A stretch of 64,000 nt of DNA from a virus. A program made the position numbers and the translations under genes. Shown here piece by piece: positions 18,501 through 26,085 of the stretch (its first letter is position 1; every line of letters starts with the position of its first letter). The stretch is from the IMG/VR virus record IMGVR_UViG_3300037245_000806, positions 79,034 to 143,033 of that record; one strand, written 5' to 3'. Below the pieces are notes generated by a model. That model saw nothing but the letters and a program-made list of their open reading frames with translations. It searched no databases and was not told the DNA's origin.

Positions 18501-21500
18501 CTTCGTCGCCGCGATGTGCCCGTGCATGAATGAAGCATGAGCCGCATCACCACGGGTGCCACTGCGACCGTACTCCTCGATGGCCGCTGCTTCCGCGAGG
18601 TCTTCGTAGTCATCCCCATCAATGGACTCTGCAACATAGGTCGCATTGAGGGCCTGAGCCACAACGTCTTTACCGGACCCCTTCTTGGTGAGCTTCACGT
18701 GACGATACATCTGAAGGAGCAGTAGTCCCGCTGAGACCTCAGGCTCCGAGAGCCCCGTGGCCTTCACGATGGCCTTGCCAGTGATAGGCTTCTTCGCCTT
18801 CTTCACCGCAGCGAGCATCGCCTTCTCACGCTTGTCCAGCGGCGCGCGCTCATCGAGGTCGTCCTCGGAGACAGTCTTCTTCTTGCACTTCACGCAGTAC
18901 CCTGTCGCGGCGAGCACCTTGCTGCCGCAGCCCGGACACTTGACGGTCCCCGTAGTGGCCTTCTCATCGAGCATGGCTTCGGAGTGCAGGAGCAAGTCCT
19001 CCGCATCCTCATCCGCGATGTGCCCCATGTCCTCGCCGTCAATCACGAGCGAGTAGGTATCGTCGTCCTCCGTAACGATCTCGATCTCGCACTCCTTGAC
19101 CTTGCGGTCAAGCTGGATCATGTGACCAAGCTTGGCCTCGTCATCGCGGAGCGGCCTGACCCACGTGCCCTTGCCCTTCACCTTCCACCCGGCGGCGGTC
19201 ATACCGAGCGCGCGTGAAACAGCGCGGAGAATCGTCTTGATCTGGTTGTCGCCCTCAGCTGCCGGGGCACCCAACGTGACCTGCGCAGTCTTGCCAACAA
19301 CCTTGCGCGTTGCGATGGGGTTGTCGGCACCGCGACGAACTGCAACAAGGGCGTCACCCTTGATGCCGATGGTCCTCGTAGTACGCCCCTTGCCATCGCC
19401 GCCGCGCACGAAGTCCGAGATAACTATCTTGGCCTTCATCGGGATGCTATAGCCCTTCACCTCATCGACTGACTCGATGATCGAGAGCCCCTCTGCCTTG
19501 GCTGCCTTGCGGATTGCGTTGACCCATGTCTGACTCACGTTGCCCTGCGGATCACCGAGCACAATCCGGTTGCCCTTGCGCGTAGCGAGCGGGTCTTTGC
19601 GACCGCGCGAAGGTCCGGTGAGGATGTCGCCCTCGATGTCAAGGTTCTTCGCCTTGACGCCCGAGCCATCCTTGCCCTGCACGAAGGCCTTGATCATCTT
19701 GCGGTCGCCCGCCTTCAGCTTGTAGCCCATGGACTCCCGTAGTCGTGACACAGTGTTATCATCTTCGCCGAGGGCGAGGAGACGCATGCGACAGGCGCTT
19801 TCGACCGCTACGTCCCGAGTCGCTATAAACTCGTGGCTTCTCCCACTTTTGATGCCTTCAAACAGGCTCGTAACACAACGTTCGCCCTCCACAACAGTAC
19901 CATGCTCCTCAACGTACTCCTGAAAGAAGGCTTCAACCATGACGTCAAACTCGTTGGGAAGGTCCGCATAGAATTCAACCATCTTCTCAAGAAGGCTATG
20001 GACTTCCTGTAGTGTGATCGGAACCCTGTACGCCTGACCGCCAACCTGTACCAACGTCTTCCCATCATCCGTACCATCCCTGCGTGCGGTCCATGAAAGG
20101 AACTTGGACTGAAAGCCCTCCTCCCCCTCCATGTACAGCGGGCCTTGCTGTAGTTCAGGCTCGAAGCCCACGCACAGTACCTCACCGGGGTGGATCATCT
20201 TGTTCTCGCCTGAGCCCACCACGGGAGCGCCTATAAGATTGTGCGAACCCTCGGGGTCATCCTTACCCTTGTCTGACTCACTGACATCCTTGCTGAGGCT
20301 CTTGAGCATACGCAGGTCTGTTGCCACCGAAGCGTTCTTCTTCTTCTTGCCTGACTTGATATCCTTCCGCAGCTGCCTGAGGGCTTTCTTCATCCCGTCC
20401 GCTGTGGCCCGCACTCCATAGCCCTTGGCGTACTGCTTCAGTTCCCTGCTGTGACCGTAGGCTTCGTCGATACCTTCGTTGGGGGCCTTCGCGCTGAACT
20501 TCTTGACTTCCTTCTTGAGCACGTGTGTCTGGACTCCCGGTTCGAGTTCCACCTTGTACCCGGTCGCGGTCTTCTTGATAACCGTGACGGTCTTGCCCTT
20601 GGCGTACTTCTTGCCCTTGAGCTTCAGGTCCGTAGTGAGCATGTACGCCTCGTCGATAGACTCGAAGGGCTTCGTGAGTTTCGTCATGCGCGCATACGGG
20701 AGCTTGTCCCAATGCGCGTGGGCAGCCTTGACCACTTCAGCCTTCTCCTTCGGATCGCCGTAGTCACCGAAGGACATCGCAGCTTTCTTCCACCCTCTCG
20801 GGCTCAGCTTCTTCAGGCGCTTCTGAATCTTCTTGACCGTCTTCACCTCGTTGTCGGCGAAGCTCAGGATCATGAAGGCGACAAGGTCTTTGATGGTACC
20901 CTTGTCTGCTTCGTCGAGGTCTTCCACTTTGGGGAACCACAGCCCGCCGTTGCCATACCACCGCACGCCATTGGCATCCTCAACACAGAGGATACTGTTC
21001 TCGGCATCCTCATTGAGCGTGGAGTCGTGCAGGTCGGGGTACAGGAACTGGAACGCATTGTCAGTGACCCCACCCTCTTCGCAGATGGCTACGTAGTCTG
21101 CCTTGGTCTCGGGGCGCAGGCCCTCGGTCTTCATCGCGGGGTCTTCCTCTTTGGACTTCGCGGTTGCCTTGGCGAAGCCCGCACGCTTCGGGAAGCATTC
21201 GATGATCGTGAAGTCGCTGACCTGACCGGACTCGAAGTCGGTATCGCCAGCGGTGACGAGAGTGTCCAGCTTGCAGAAACCCCTCACACCTTCGTTGAGC
21301 TTCTGAAGAGGCTCGGCAGCAATCTTGCCTTGGAAGATCGCGAGGAACGTAGTGTCCGTTCCTTCGAGTTGTGTCTCAAGGAACTGCGTGATGAGGTCGC
21401 CGCACTTCTCCATGAGGTACGCCTCGAAGAGGATCGCGGCCATGCCCGTGTCGGTGTTGCTGAAGGCCGGGCTCTTGTCGGTGAAGTTCTTGGCGAACTC

Positions 21501-21797
21501 GCGGGCGCTCTGCTTCTCGTCCTGAAACCCGGAGGCGACTTCGAGGATGAGGTCAATGTACTCGTCGCGGTGTGAGATGCTGCCGGTGATGGTAGCGGGG
21601 AGGTCGAGGCTCGACCGGAGCTTGGCAACCTTCTTATAGAATCCGCTGGCCTTCTTCTGGCGAACCGATGCCTTCTGCTTGGCACTCAGGCGCTTGGGCT
21701 TCCTGAACTTCATGAGCCTGCGGCGCTTCTTGGCCTTGATGCCCTGTAGTCTGCGCTGGGAGGAAGACTGCCGACGAACGGTTGCCTCAAATACCAT
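15552..21797 (-). CDS. Modular polyprotein A (2081 aa), putative prohead-core/internal protein precursor
   Basis: About 18 acidic linkers (EDLDEA x3, EGIDEA x2, ESIDEA, ESVDEA, ESVDEV, EGLDEV, EDVDEA, DDLDER, DDLDEK...) separate basic 35-110 aa modules; RBS GAGGGG; sigma70-like promoter upstream. Confidence 0.8.
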   Translation of the reverse strand: MVFEATVRRQSSSQRRLQGIKAKKRRRLMKFRKPKRLSAKQKASVRQKKASGFYKKVAKLRSSLDLPATITGSISHRDEYIDLILEVASGFQDEKQSAREFAKNFTDKSPAFSNTDTGMAAILFEAYLMEKCGDLITQFLETQLEGTDTTFLAIFQGKIAAEPLQKLNEGVRGFCKLDTLVTAGDTDFESGQVSDFTIIECFPKRAGFAKATAKSKEEDPAMKTEGLRPETKADYVAICEEGGVTDNAFQFLYPDLHDSTLNEDAENSILCVEDANGVRWYGNGGLWFPKVEDLDEADKGTIKDLVAFMILSFADNEVKTVKKIQKRLKKLSPRGWKKAAMSFGDYGDPKEKAEVVKAAHAHWDKLPYARMTKLTKPFESIDEAYMLTTDLKLKGKKYAKGKTVTVIKKTATGYKVELEPGVQTHVLKKEVKKFSAKAPNEGIDEAYGHSRELKQYAKGYGVRATADGMKKALRQLRKDIKSGKKKKNASVATDLRMLKSLSKDVSESDKGKDDPEGSHNLIGAPVVGSGENKMIHPGEVLCVGFEPELQQGPLYMEGEEGFQSKFLSWTARRDGTDDGKTLVQVGGQAYRVPITLQEVHSLLEKMVEFYADLPNEFDVMVEAFFQEYVEEHGTVVEGERCVTSLFEGIKSGRSHEFIATRDVAVESACRMRLLALGEDDNTVSRLRESMGYKLKAGDRKMIKAFVQGKDGSGVKAKNLDIEGDILTGPSRGRKDPLATRKGNRIVLGDPQGNVSQTWVNAIRKAAKAEGLSIIESVDEVKGYSIPMKAKIVISDFVRGGDGKGRTTRTIGIKGDALVAVRRGADNPIATRKVVGKTAQVTLGAPAAEGDNQIKTILRAVSRALGMTAAGWKVKGKGTWVRPLRDDEAKLGHMIQLDRKVKECEIEIVTEDDDTYSLVIDGEDMGHIADEDAEDLLLHSEAMLDEKATTGTVKCPGCGSKVLAATGYCVKCKKKTVSEDDLDERAPLDKREKAMLAAVKKAKKPITGKAIVKATGLSEPEVSAGLLLLQMYRHVKLTKKGSGKDVVAQALNATYVAESIDGDDYEDLAEAAAIEEYGRSGTRGDAAHASFMHGHIAATKGEQEKKEFDKKNWSRARIKAYKKGYARGVADKKKNESDDDLDEKGPTPGSDGKLTRKVGRHIVMTLGDVYGLGGFHTDKAGKYPNRFSVIVRPVFKGDEQVAVVTARLMGLSVLSMTPAGRGDKKALKDKEMLKALKKYGYVFGADYNKNPTEGLDEVFKKGQRITWTAPNGKLMQGAVISDVNNTLKVRVTNPRPKKGDEEVLVPIAKAKKTGPREGIDEADYVLVDSQNNPVRKTGVKKVFKSMTPKEAAKLNKSNEVANKGWKWRKKKAHESVDEAALASLKIMAKDDKGKLKVSGKTAVITLPSEDRRDSFMRTFSIEYPETNKKSIQFRGNTIVVNLNDPALKEDLDEAKTFKGTFSISNPRGTVPVNKDGSKGGVWKKGEGVADPTKLRDEGKYIVVVADGRKFLKADVKVVKEDVDLDEVVDVQEKRLAAILQARGYTHAVVQKGSGKPLYMKSMKLARIMLTEFPGGKIVTIDKISKKKTDEDFDGGDELEAAGLDEVSFTKGDYEYMTLKLSATGYAEVILVRRKSGSIANPREVWTGKAWVGGKQGELEAKGQKFDNARKAATVIKKVAESEDLEEDYAPGKKIVYRAKTGGGVVFLRYPKPVPHQDQFGVVILKGKKVIKDIGSHPTLKGAKGLADRAKDIKTEDLDEAAVTLEFGKLSKQKADDIAAVISSQTASGMRKDTDGTHYVIVQQKHMKYLLPALAKHGLKKGKGFTVKEDVDEADKGYTQDDLDKHPAAKKVINKMIGWLKKNNVAWDKWVVDSKGRLVFTFTRSLPVALVNKFDAAAKGDGKTLRDTFVSASNIKIGLWHLTKVLKALGEAVEGVTEAQLSTTYPGAGKVKEPTHMKALARKAGKTANEAIKLWGKAQAAVNKQYPDIKKSKDEGGDGSRYYKLVTAVFKNMLGLGKEECADVGPIMAEVRCEHCSSASIAFLNLTTVAKCVECGSDVVSPTGEVRPATEEEIEAADPALDE

Positions 21798-21840
21798 CGT
21801 TTACCCCTCTCGAAGCCTGTAGTGTCTTCACGAGGGATCA

Positions 21841-21869
21841 AGGATAGGTGAGCCTTAACACAGTGTCAA
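21841..21869 (-). promoter_or_regulatory. Sigma70-like promoter of polyprotein A, overlapped by the 13-bp palindrome
   Basis: Minus strand TTGACA-17 bp-TATCCT; palindrome at 21856-21868. Confidence 0.65.
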
Positions 21870-22378
21870 GCGACATGTTGCCACGATTTGCGCGTGACAA
21901 CGGCACTGATTGCACCGAGACTTACAAGGTATTCCGCAGCAAGATCAGCGTATGTTACGCCACCAACGGCATAGAGCGCCCTGATTTCTTTGACGTCACA
22001 CGCGGTCAACTTGGAGCCATAATTCTTTTCACCCACGTTGTTTTGCAAGACAATGGCGCTATGCCTTTGGTTGTCTTCGGGTGTCGCGTACTCAAGGTTC
22101 ACCAAGCGACAGTCAGCCTTAATGCCGTTTATGTGGTTCACGTGGTAGCCCCAAGGGCATGGGCCGATGAACGCGGCGGCTACCTGTTGATGCACCTGAA
22201 CTGTTTCAGCCATCCCGTCCACACTGAAGTCCAGATGCAAATAACCAGTGCTCAGATTAACATGCGTCTTTAGAATACCGCCGTTGGTCCTCTTGCGCGC
22301 GATACTGAAAATCCGACCTAAATCTGAAATACGGTAGTAGCCCACGTACCCTACAACGTCCTCCCAGAGTTCGACCAA
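21866..22378 (-). mobile_element. NUMOD4-HNH homing endonuclease
   Basis: ELWEDVVGYVGYYRISDLGRI (NUMOD4), VHQQVAAAFIG...VNHINGIKADCRLVNLEY (HNH) and a C-terminal HTH; visibly lower GC than the flanks. Confidence 0.9.
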
Positions 22379-22396
22379 GTGACGCCTCCCTTGTTG

Positions 22397-22822
22397 CTAT
22401 CCCCGAGCTTGAACGATGCCGCCCGGTCCACCCCGCAGCTTACCACCCTCGCCGAGCATGCTGCCGGGGGCGGTCTGAATCTTGTCCTCCCTCAGCTGGT
22501 CCACCACGGCCTGCTTCAAGCCGTCACGGAGTTCCTTGGATGCCTTGGCCATCGCGGCGTCGTACTCCTTCTCGATCTCCGCGTAAGCTTCCTCCACGGT
22601 AGTGGCGGTCGGCAACGGTATGTCGAACTTCTTCGTCGCCTTGCCGCCCTCGAACTCGGCCTTGACCATCGCGCGGACGCTGAAGCGCACCCAACCCTCA
22701 GGAGCCTTACCGGAGATGATGATGCTCTCGTCGAGGACGCGCTTGTTGTTGTCGCGGTACGACACCTTGCGCTCGATGAACGTGACATCCTTGTGCTCGT
22801 ACTTCGGTGCTTTCGCAGACAT
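22397..22822 (-). CDS. Hypothetical protein
   Basis: 141-aa ORF with RBS AAAGGAAG. Confidence 0.65.
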   Translation of the reverse strand: MSAKAPKYEHKDVTFIERKVSYRDNNKRVLDESIIISGKAPEGWVRFSVRAMVKAEFEGGKATKKFDIPLPTATTVEEAYAEIEKEYDAAMAKASKELRDGLKQAVVDQLREDKIQTAPGSMLGEGGKLRGGPGGIVQARG

Positions 22823-22971
22823 GGTACTTCCTTTCAGTAGGTGGGTGGGGGGCTGTCGCTATTGGCCAGCCCATGCTTGGTCGTCAGAGTTGTTTTGCTT
22901 CGCCCGTAAAAACCCTGAAGCAGCTTTCGCCGCACCGCCACGCGACCCAGCACCCAAAACGGCCCACCCGC

Positions 22972-23757
22972 TCATTTCCTCTTTCGTAGTGTCCCAGACT
23001 TCCCGCGCTTCGACAAGGGGGCTTTACGCCGCTGCTCCTTCGACCCCAACAGCTTCTTCGATACCGCTGGCACATGCACCGGCTTGGCCTCGACAGGTAC
23101 CGGGTCACACACCATAGGGCCACATACCGGCGCGAGAAGCTCAGGCGTTATCAGCGACGTGAGGCTCGCCAGATTCTTGTCAATGTTCTCGGGGCTCAGG
23201 AACTCCTGCATGCGCCCACGTAGTTGACCGAGCCTCCGCGCGAACTCCTCAAGGCATTCCGTGTTGGCATCCGATGCGAGTACGAGCGCCCGCGTCGTAC
23301 CCCGCGCACCCATCTCTTTCAGGTTGGGCCAGCCCTTGCGAATGTCTTGGCCCCGCCCACGGCTAGACTCCATGCGGTGTACAGTCTCACCCTCTGGCGT
23401 CTCCCCGACCTGAATGTAAGTCCAATCCAACTCGACGCCAGCACTGTTGCCCTTCCACGTCCTGAAGCTCTCCTCCACCTCGACGATCCAATACTCTTCC
23501 CACTTGATCGCGTAGTGGTCTGCCAGCGCATCCATGACTGCCCCGCGCAGCGCCTCGATATCCGTGGACCACAGATTGATCTTCAACTCGGGGATGTCAA
23601 CGCCGAAGGTCGCGCTGAGGGTCTGCTGCGGTCCAGCATATCGCTTCGACTCGCGACCGGCAGGAGGCTCTGCCGTCTTGTGCAAGCGCACTGGCACCTT
23701 GAACGTTTCACCGTGGCGCTTGAACGTGAACGCGTCAACGATCTTACCTACTGGCAT
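22972..23757 (-). CDS. Hypothetical protein
   Basis: Likely start MPVGK at 23757 (GGAG upstream); basic C-terminal tail. Confidence 0.65.
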   Translation of the reverse strand: MPVGKIVDAFTFKRHGETFKVPVRLHKTAEPPAGRESKRYAGPQQTLSATFGVDIPELKINLWSTDIEALRGAVMDALADHYAIKWEEYWIVEVEESFRTWKGNSAGVELDWTYIQVGETPEGETVHRMESSRGRGQDIRKGWPNLKEMGARGTTRALVLASDANTECLEEFARRLGQLRGRMQEFLSPENIDKNLASLTSLITPELLAPVCGPMVCDPVPVEAKPVHVPAVSKKLLGSKEQRRKAPLSKRGKSGTLRKRK

Positions 23758-23977
23758 TCGGGTTCTCCATGACGTGTGCAACAGCGGCCTGCACTGAAGC
23801 AAATGTTCTAGGGCTGTAGTCGCCCATGCGGGCGATGACCCGAACGCGTTGCCCGGCCTGCTGAACCTGCCCGAGCAACTGCCTACCCTTGAACACCATG
23901 CGCAGTGTTGACGGTGGCGAAGGGTCGTGAAGCTCGATACCCTCAGGCACTTCGTAGTCGTCGAACAACGTCATCAT
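23744..23977 (-). CDS. Hypothetical protein
   Basis: 77-aa ORF coupled (ATGA) to the upstream gene. Confidence 0.5.
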   Translation of the reverse strand: MMTLFDDYEVPEGIELHDPSPPSTLRMVFKGRQLLGQVQQAGQRVRVIARMGDYSPRTFASVQAAVAHVMENPNASR

Positions 23978-24459
23978 GCGTGCATCCTACTTCGCAGGCT
24001 GCTGCTGCTGCGAGTCTTGCCGTTGGCGGGCTTCTTGTCCGGTGCCGGGGCATCGTGCATCAGCGCTGCAATGCTCGTGCGTACCGGGGCGTCCTCCTCG
24101 TGGAGCAACTCATCGATCTCCACGCTGGCATGCACGAGCGCCTCAGGCATGCACTCGTCCACCTGCACAGAAGGCTCAGCCGCCTTCGCCTCATTGGCCT
24201 CCTTGATCGCTGCCATCACGGCCTCCCGCTGCTCGTCGGCGTCAGCAACGTCTTCGTCGGTCGGCATGAATAGCTGCCCGTCAATCCACACGCACCCCTC
24301 GGGGCTTTCCTCCCACAGGTCGAGGAGCCATCGCGTGGCGTACCAGCGATTCTTCGTCTCGCCCATGCTGAGGGTACCATGCTCTATGGCGTCCTCAGGT
24401 TTACCGGTGCGCGAGAAGCTCAGGCGCGGCTGATTGTCGAAGTCGTGTTCGTAGTACAA
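23974..24459 (-). CDS. Hypothetical protein
   Basis: 161-aa ORF tightly packed after tmk. Confidence 0.6.
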   Translation of the reverse strand: MYYEHDFDNQPRLSFSRTGKPEDAIEHGTLSMGETKNRWYATRWLLDLWEESPEGCVWIDGQLFMPTDEDVADADEQREAVMAAIKEANEAKAAEPSVQVDECMPEALVHASVEIDELLHEEDAPVRTSIAALMHDAPAPDKKPANGKTRSSSSLRSRMHA

Positions 24460-24461
24460 TG

Positions 24462-25091
24462 CTAGATTCCCCTCGCTATCCGTGCATCGACCGCTGCGAC
24501 TATGTGCTCTGCAAGCGTCTCGGCACAGAAAACTTCAGCGTCCAACGCGGTGAGGTACGTGGGCACGAGTTCCGTGTACGCTTCGCGGAGCTTCTGCTGG
24601 AAGGGCAGACCCTGCATCTCGAAACGATCCTTGAACCCCTCCCCGGACATGTTTGCCGAGCGGCGCATCGCCACCTTGGGTGACACGTCGAGGAGGAAGC
24701 TGAGTTCCTTCTCGGTACGAAAATCAGACACGCGCGCGTTCGTCGTGACAATGAGGTCGGAGGGCACACCCTCTATGGATTGGTAGGCATAGGTGCTCAT
24801 CCACCAGCGGTCAAGTATCACGATCCTCCCCGCCTTGAGCGAGTCGAGAAGATGCTCATGGATAAGCTGGACCCGAGCGGCGGTGAACATAAGCATCTGC
24901 GTCATGGGGCAGAGGTGTACCTCGGGGCGCTTGAGCATGCTCCGTAGTTCCTCCCCGATGGCCGTCGAACCGGGGTCGCGGTATGCGTCAACCGCATAGC
25001 CCTTGTCAGCGAGCATCTCGGTCAGGAGCACCATCACTGACGACTTGCCCGAACCGTTGAGACCCTCAAGCACAATCACTGGCATCGACAT
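24462..25091 (-). CDS. tmk: Thymidylate kinase
   Basis: IVLEGLNGSGKSS P-loop, RDPG, VILDRWWMSTYAYQ, LLDV and DRFE motifs; start reassigned to MSMPVIV. Confidence 0.92.
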   Translation of the reverse strand: MSMPVIVLEGLNGSGKSSVMVLLTEMLADKGYAVDAYRDPGSTAIGEELRSMLKRPEVHLCPMTQMLMFTAARVQLIHEHLLDSLKAGRIVILDRWWMSTYAYQSIEGVPSDLIVTTNARVSDFRTEKELSFLLDVSPKVAMRRSANMSGEGFKDRFEMQGLPFQQKLREAYTELVPTYLTALDAEVFCAETLAEHIVAAVDARIARGI

Positions 25092-25803
25092 CACAACTTC
25101 CTTCCGGTGGTAGTTCAGGCATGCTCTTCCACATGCGGCGACGGTCAACAATCGCAATAGCCATCGTAACGAGCCCGGTCAGCAAACCTAGCCCCGCGAC
25201 CACAACCACTGAACACGCCAAGAGCCGCGTGCTTAGGAAGCGTGGTATCTGCAAGGCAAGGCCACTGGCTATGATGAGTGCGAGGGGGCGGTTGGTCCTG
25301 CTGCGTATCGCTTCAAGGAGTTCCATGCGCTTGTGGCAAATCGCGATTACATCCTCGTGCGCCGAGTCCTGCTTCTTTCGTAACACAGTGTCAACCTCCC
25401 GCCGATGATTACGGCGTGCCCGATGCACAGCAAGGCGACCGCGTAGTGCCTTCAACTCCTTCTCATGTGCCTCGGGAGACTTGGCCCGGCGAGCATCGTC
25501 AGCTGCGTCCAACTCACCCGACACAAAAGATATGTGGCAACTCAGACCGAAGTAATGCTCACGCTCAACAAGAGACGCCGGGATAGCGCCAGCAAACAAC
25601 GCGTCCTCAACACCGTCAGCGTCAAGCAGCATGTACCGTGCGCGACCATTTACGGTCATGGTTGTCGGGTCAAAGTCCATGATACGCGCGATACGCTTCA
25701 TGTACTCCGCGTCACCAAACAGGAAGTTATTGTGTAAGTACGGGCCATCAGACCGCCCCAGATACTTCCGTTGCTTGGCCACCGTAGTCACCCTCTCAGC
25801 CAA
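25066..25803 (-). CDS. Hypothetical protein with two C-terminal TM segments
   Basis: 245-aa ORF with a hydrophobic C-terminal pair; start uncertain. Confidence 0.5.
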   Translation of the reverse strand: MAERVTTVAKQRKYLGRSDGPYLHNNFLFGDAEYMKRIARIMDFDPTTMTVNGRARYMLLDADGVEDALFAGAIPASLVEREHYFGLSCHISFVSGELDAADDARRAKSPEAHEKELKALRGRLAVHRARRNHRREVDTVLRKKQDSAHEDVIAICHKRMELLEAIRSRTNRPLALIIASGLALQIPRFLSTRLLACSVVVVAGLGLLTGLVTMAIAIVDRRRMWKSMPELPPEGSCDVDASDCA

Positions 25804-25815
25804 CCCGAATGAAGA

Positions 25816-25936
25816 TGCCGGGCAGAGGGATTGAACCCCCCACGTACCGCCTTAGCTTTGCTCAACAATACGCCCTGCCCTTAAAGCCCTTGAGCTTCTT
25901 GCGCGCCGTCCACTGTCGGGCTCCGACAAACCCGGC
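25816..25936 (-). ncRNA. tRNA-like RNA (121 nt) with canonical acceptor stem and T-arm but an enlarged, non-canonical interior
   Basis: 5' GCCGGGT pairs with 3' GCCCGGC + discriminator A; T-arm GGGGG-TTCAATC-CCTCT; interior hairpins TGTCGG/CCGACA and GCTCAA/TTGAGC; no clear 7-nt anticodon loop. Confidence 0.6.
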
Positions 25937-26085
25937 CCCACTTACAGCTGGTACAACAAACGGAATAGGGTGAGAGCGACGGTGCTCCACAGGAGGGCTA
26001 GTCGATGCAAGCGTCACTCTCGACTCCCATTCGTGGGCCGCGATGTCCCACGGACTACGCCCCCACCCCTGCCGTGAGTCCCGAC

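Noticed and set aside
25816-25936. tmRNA or canonical tRNA call
   Set aside because: There is no G3-U70 alanine identity pair, it is too short for tmRNA and has no tag ORF; there is no canonical D-arm or anticodon arm from which to assign an isotype.
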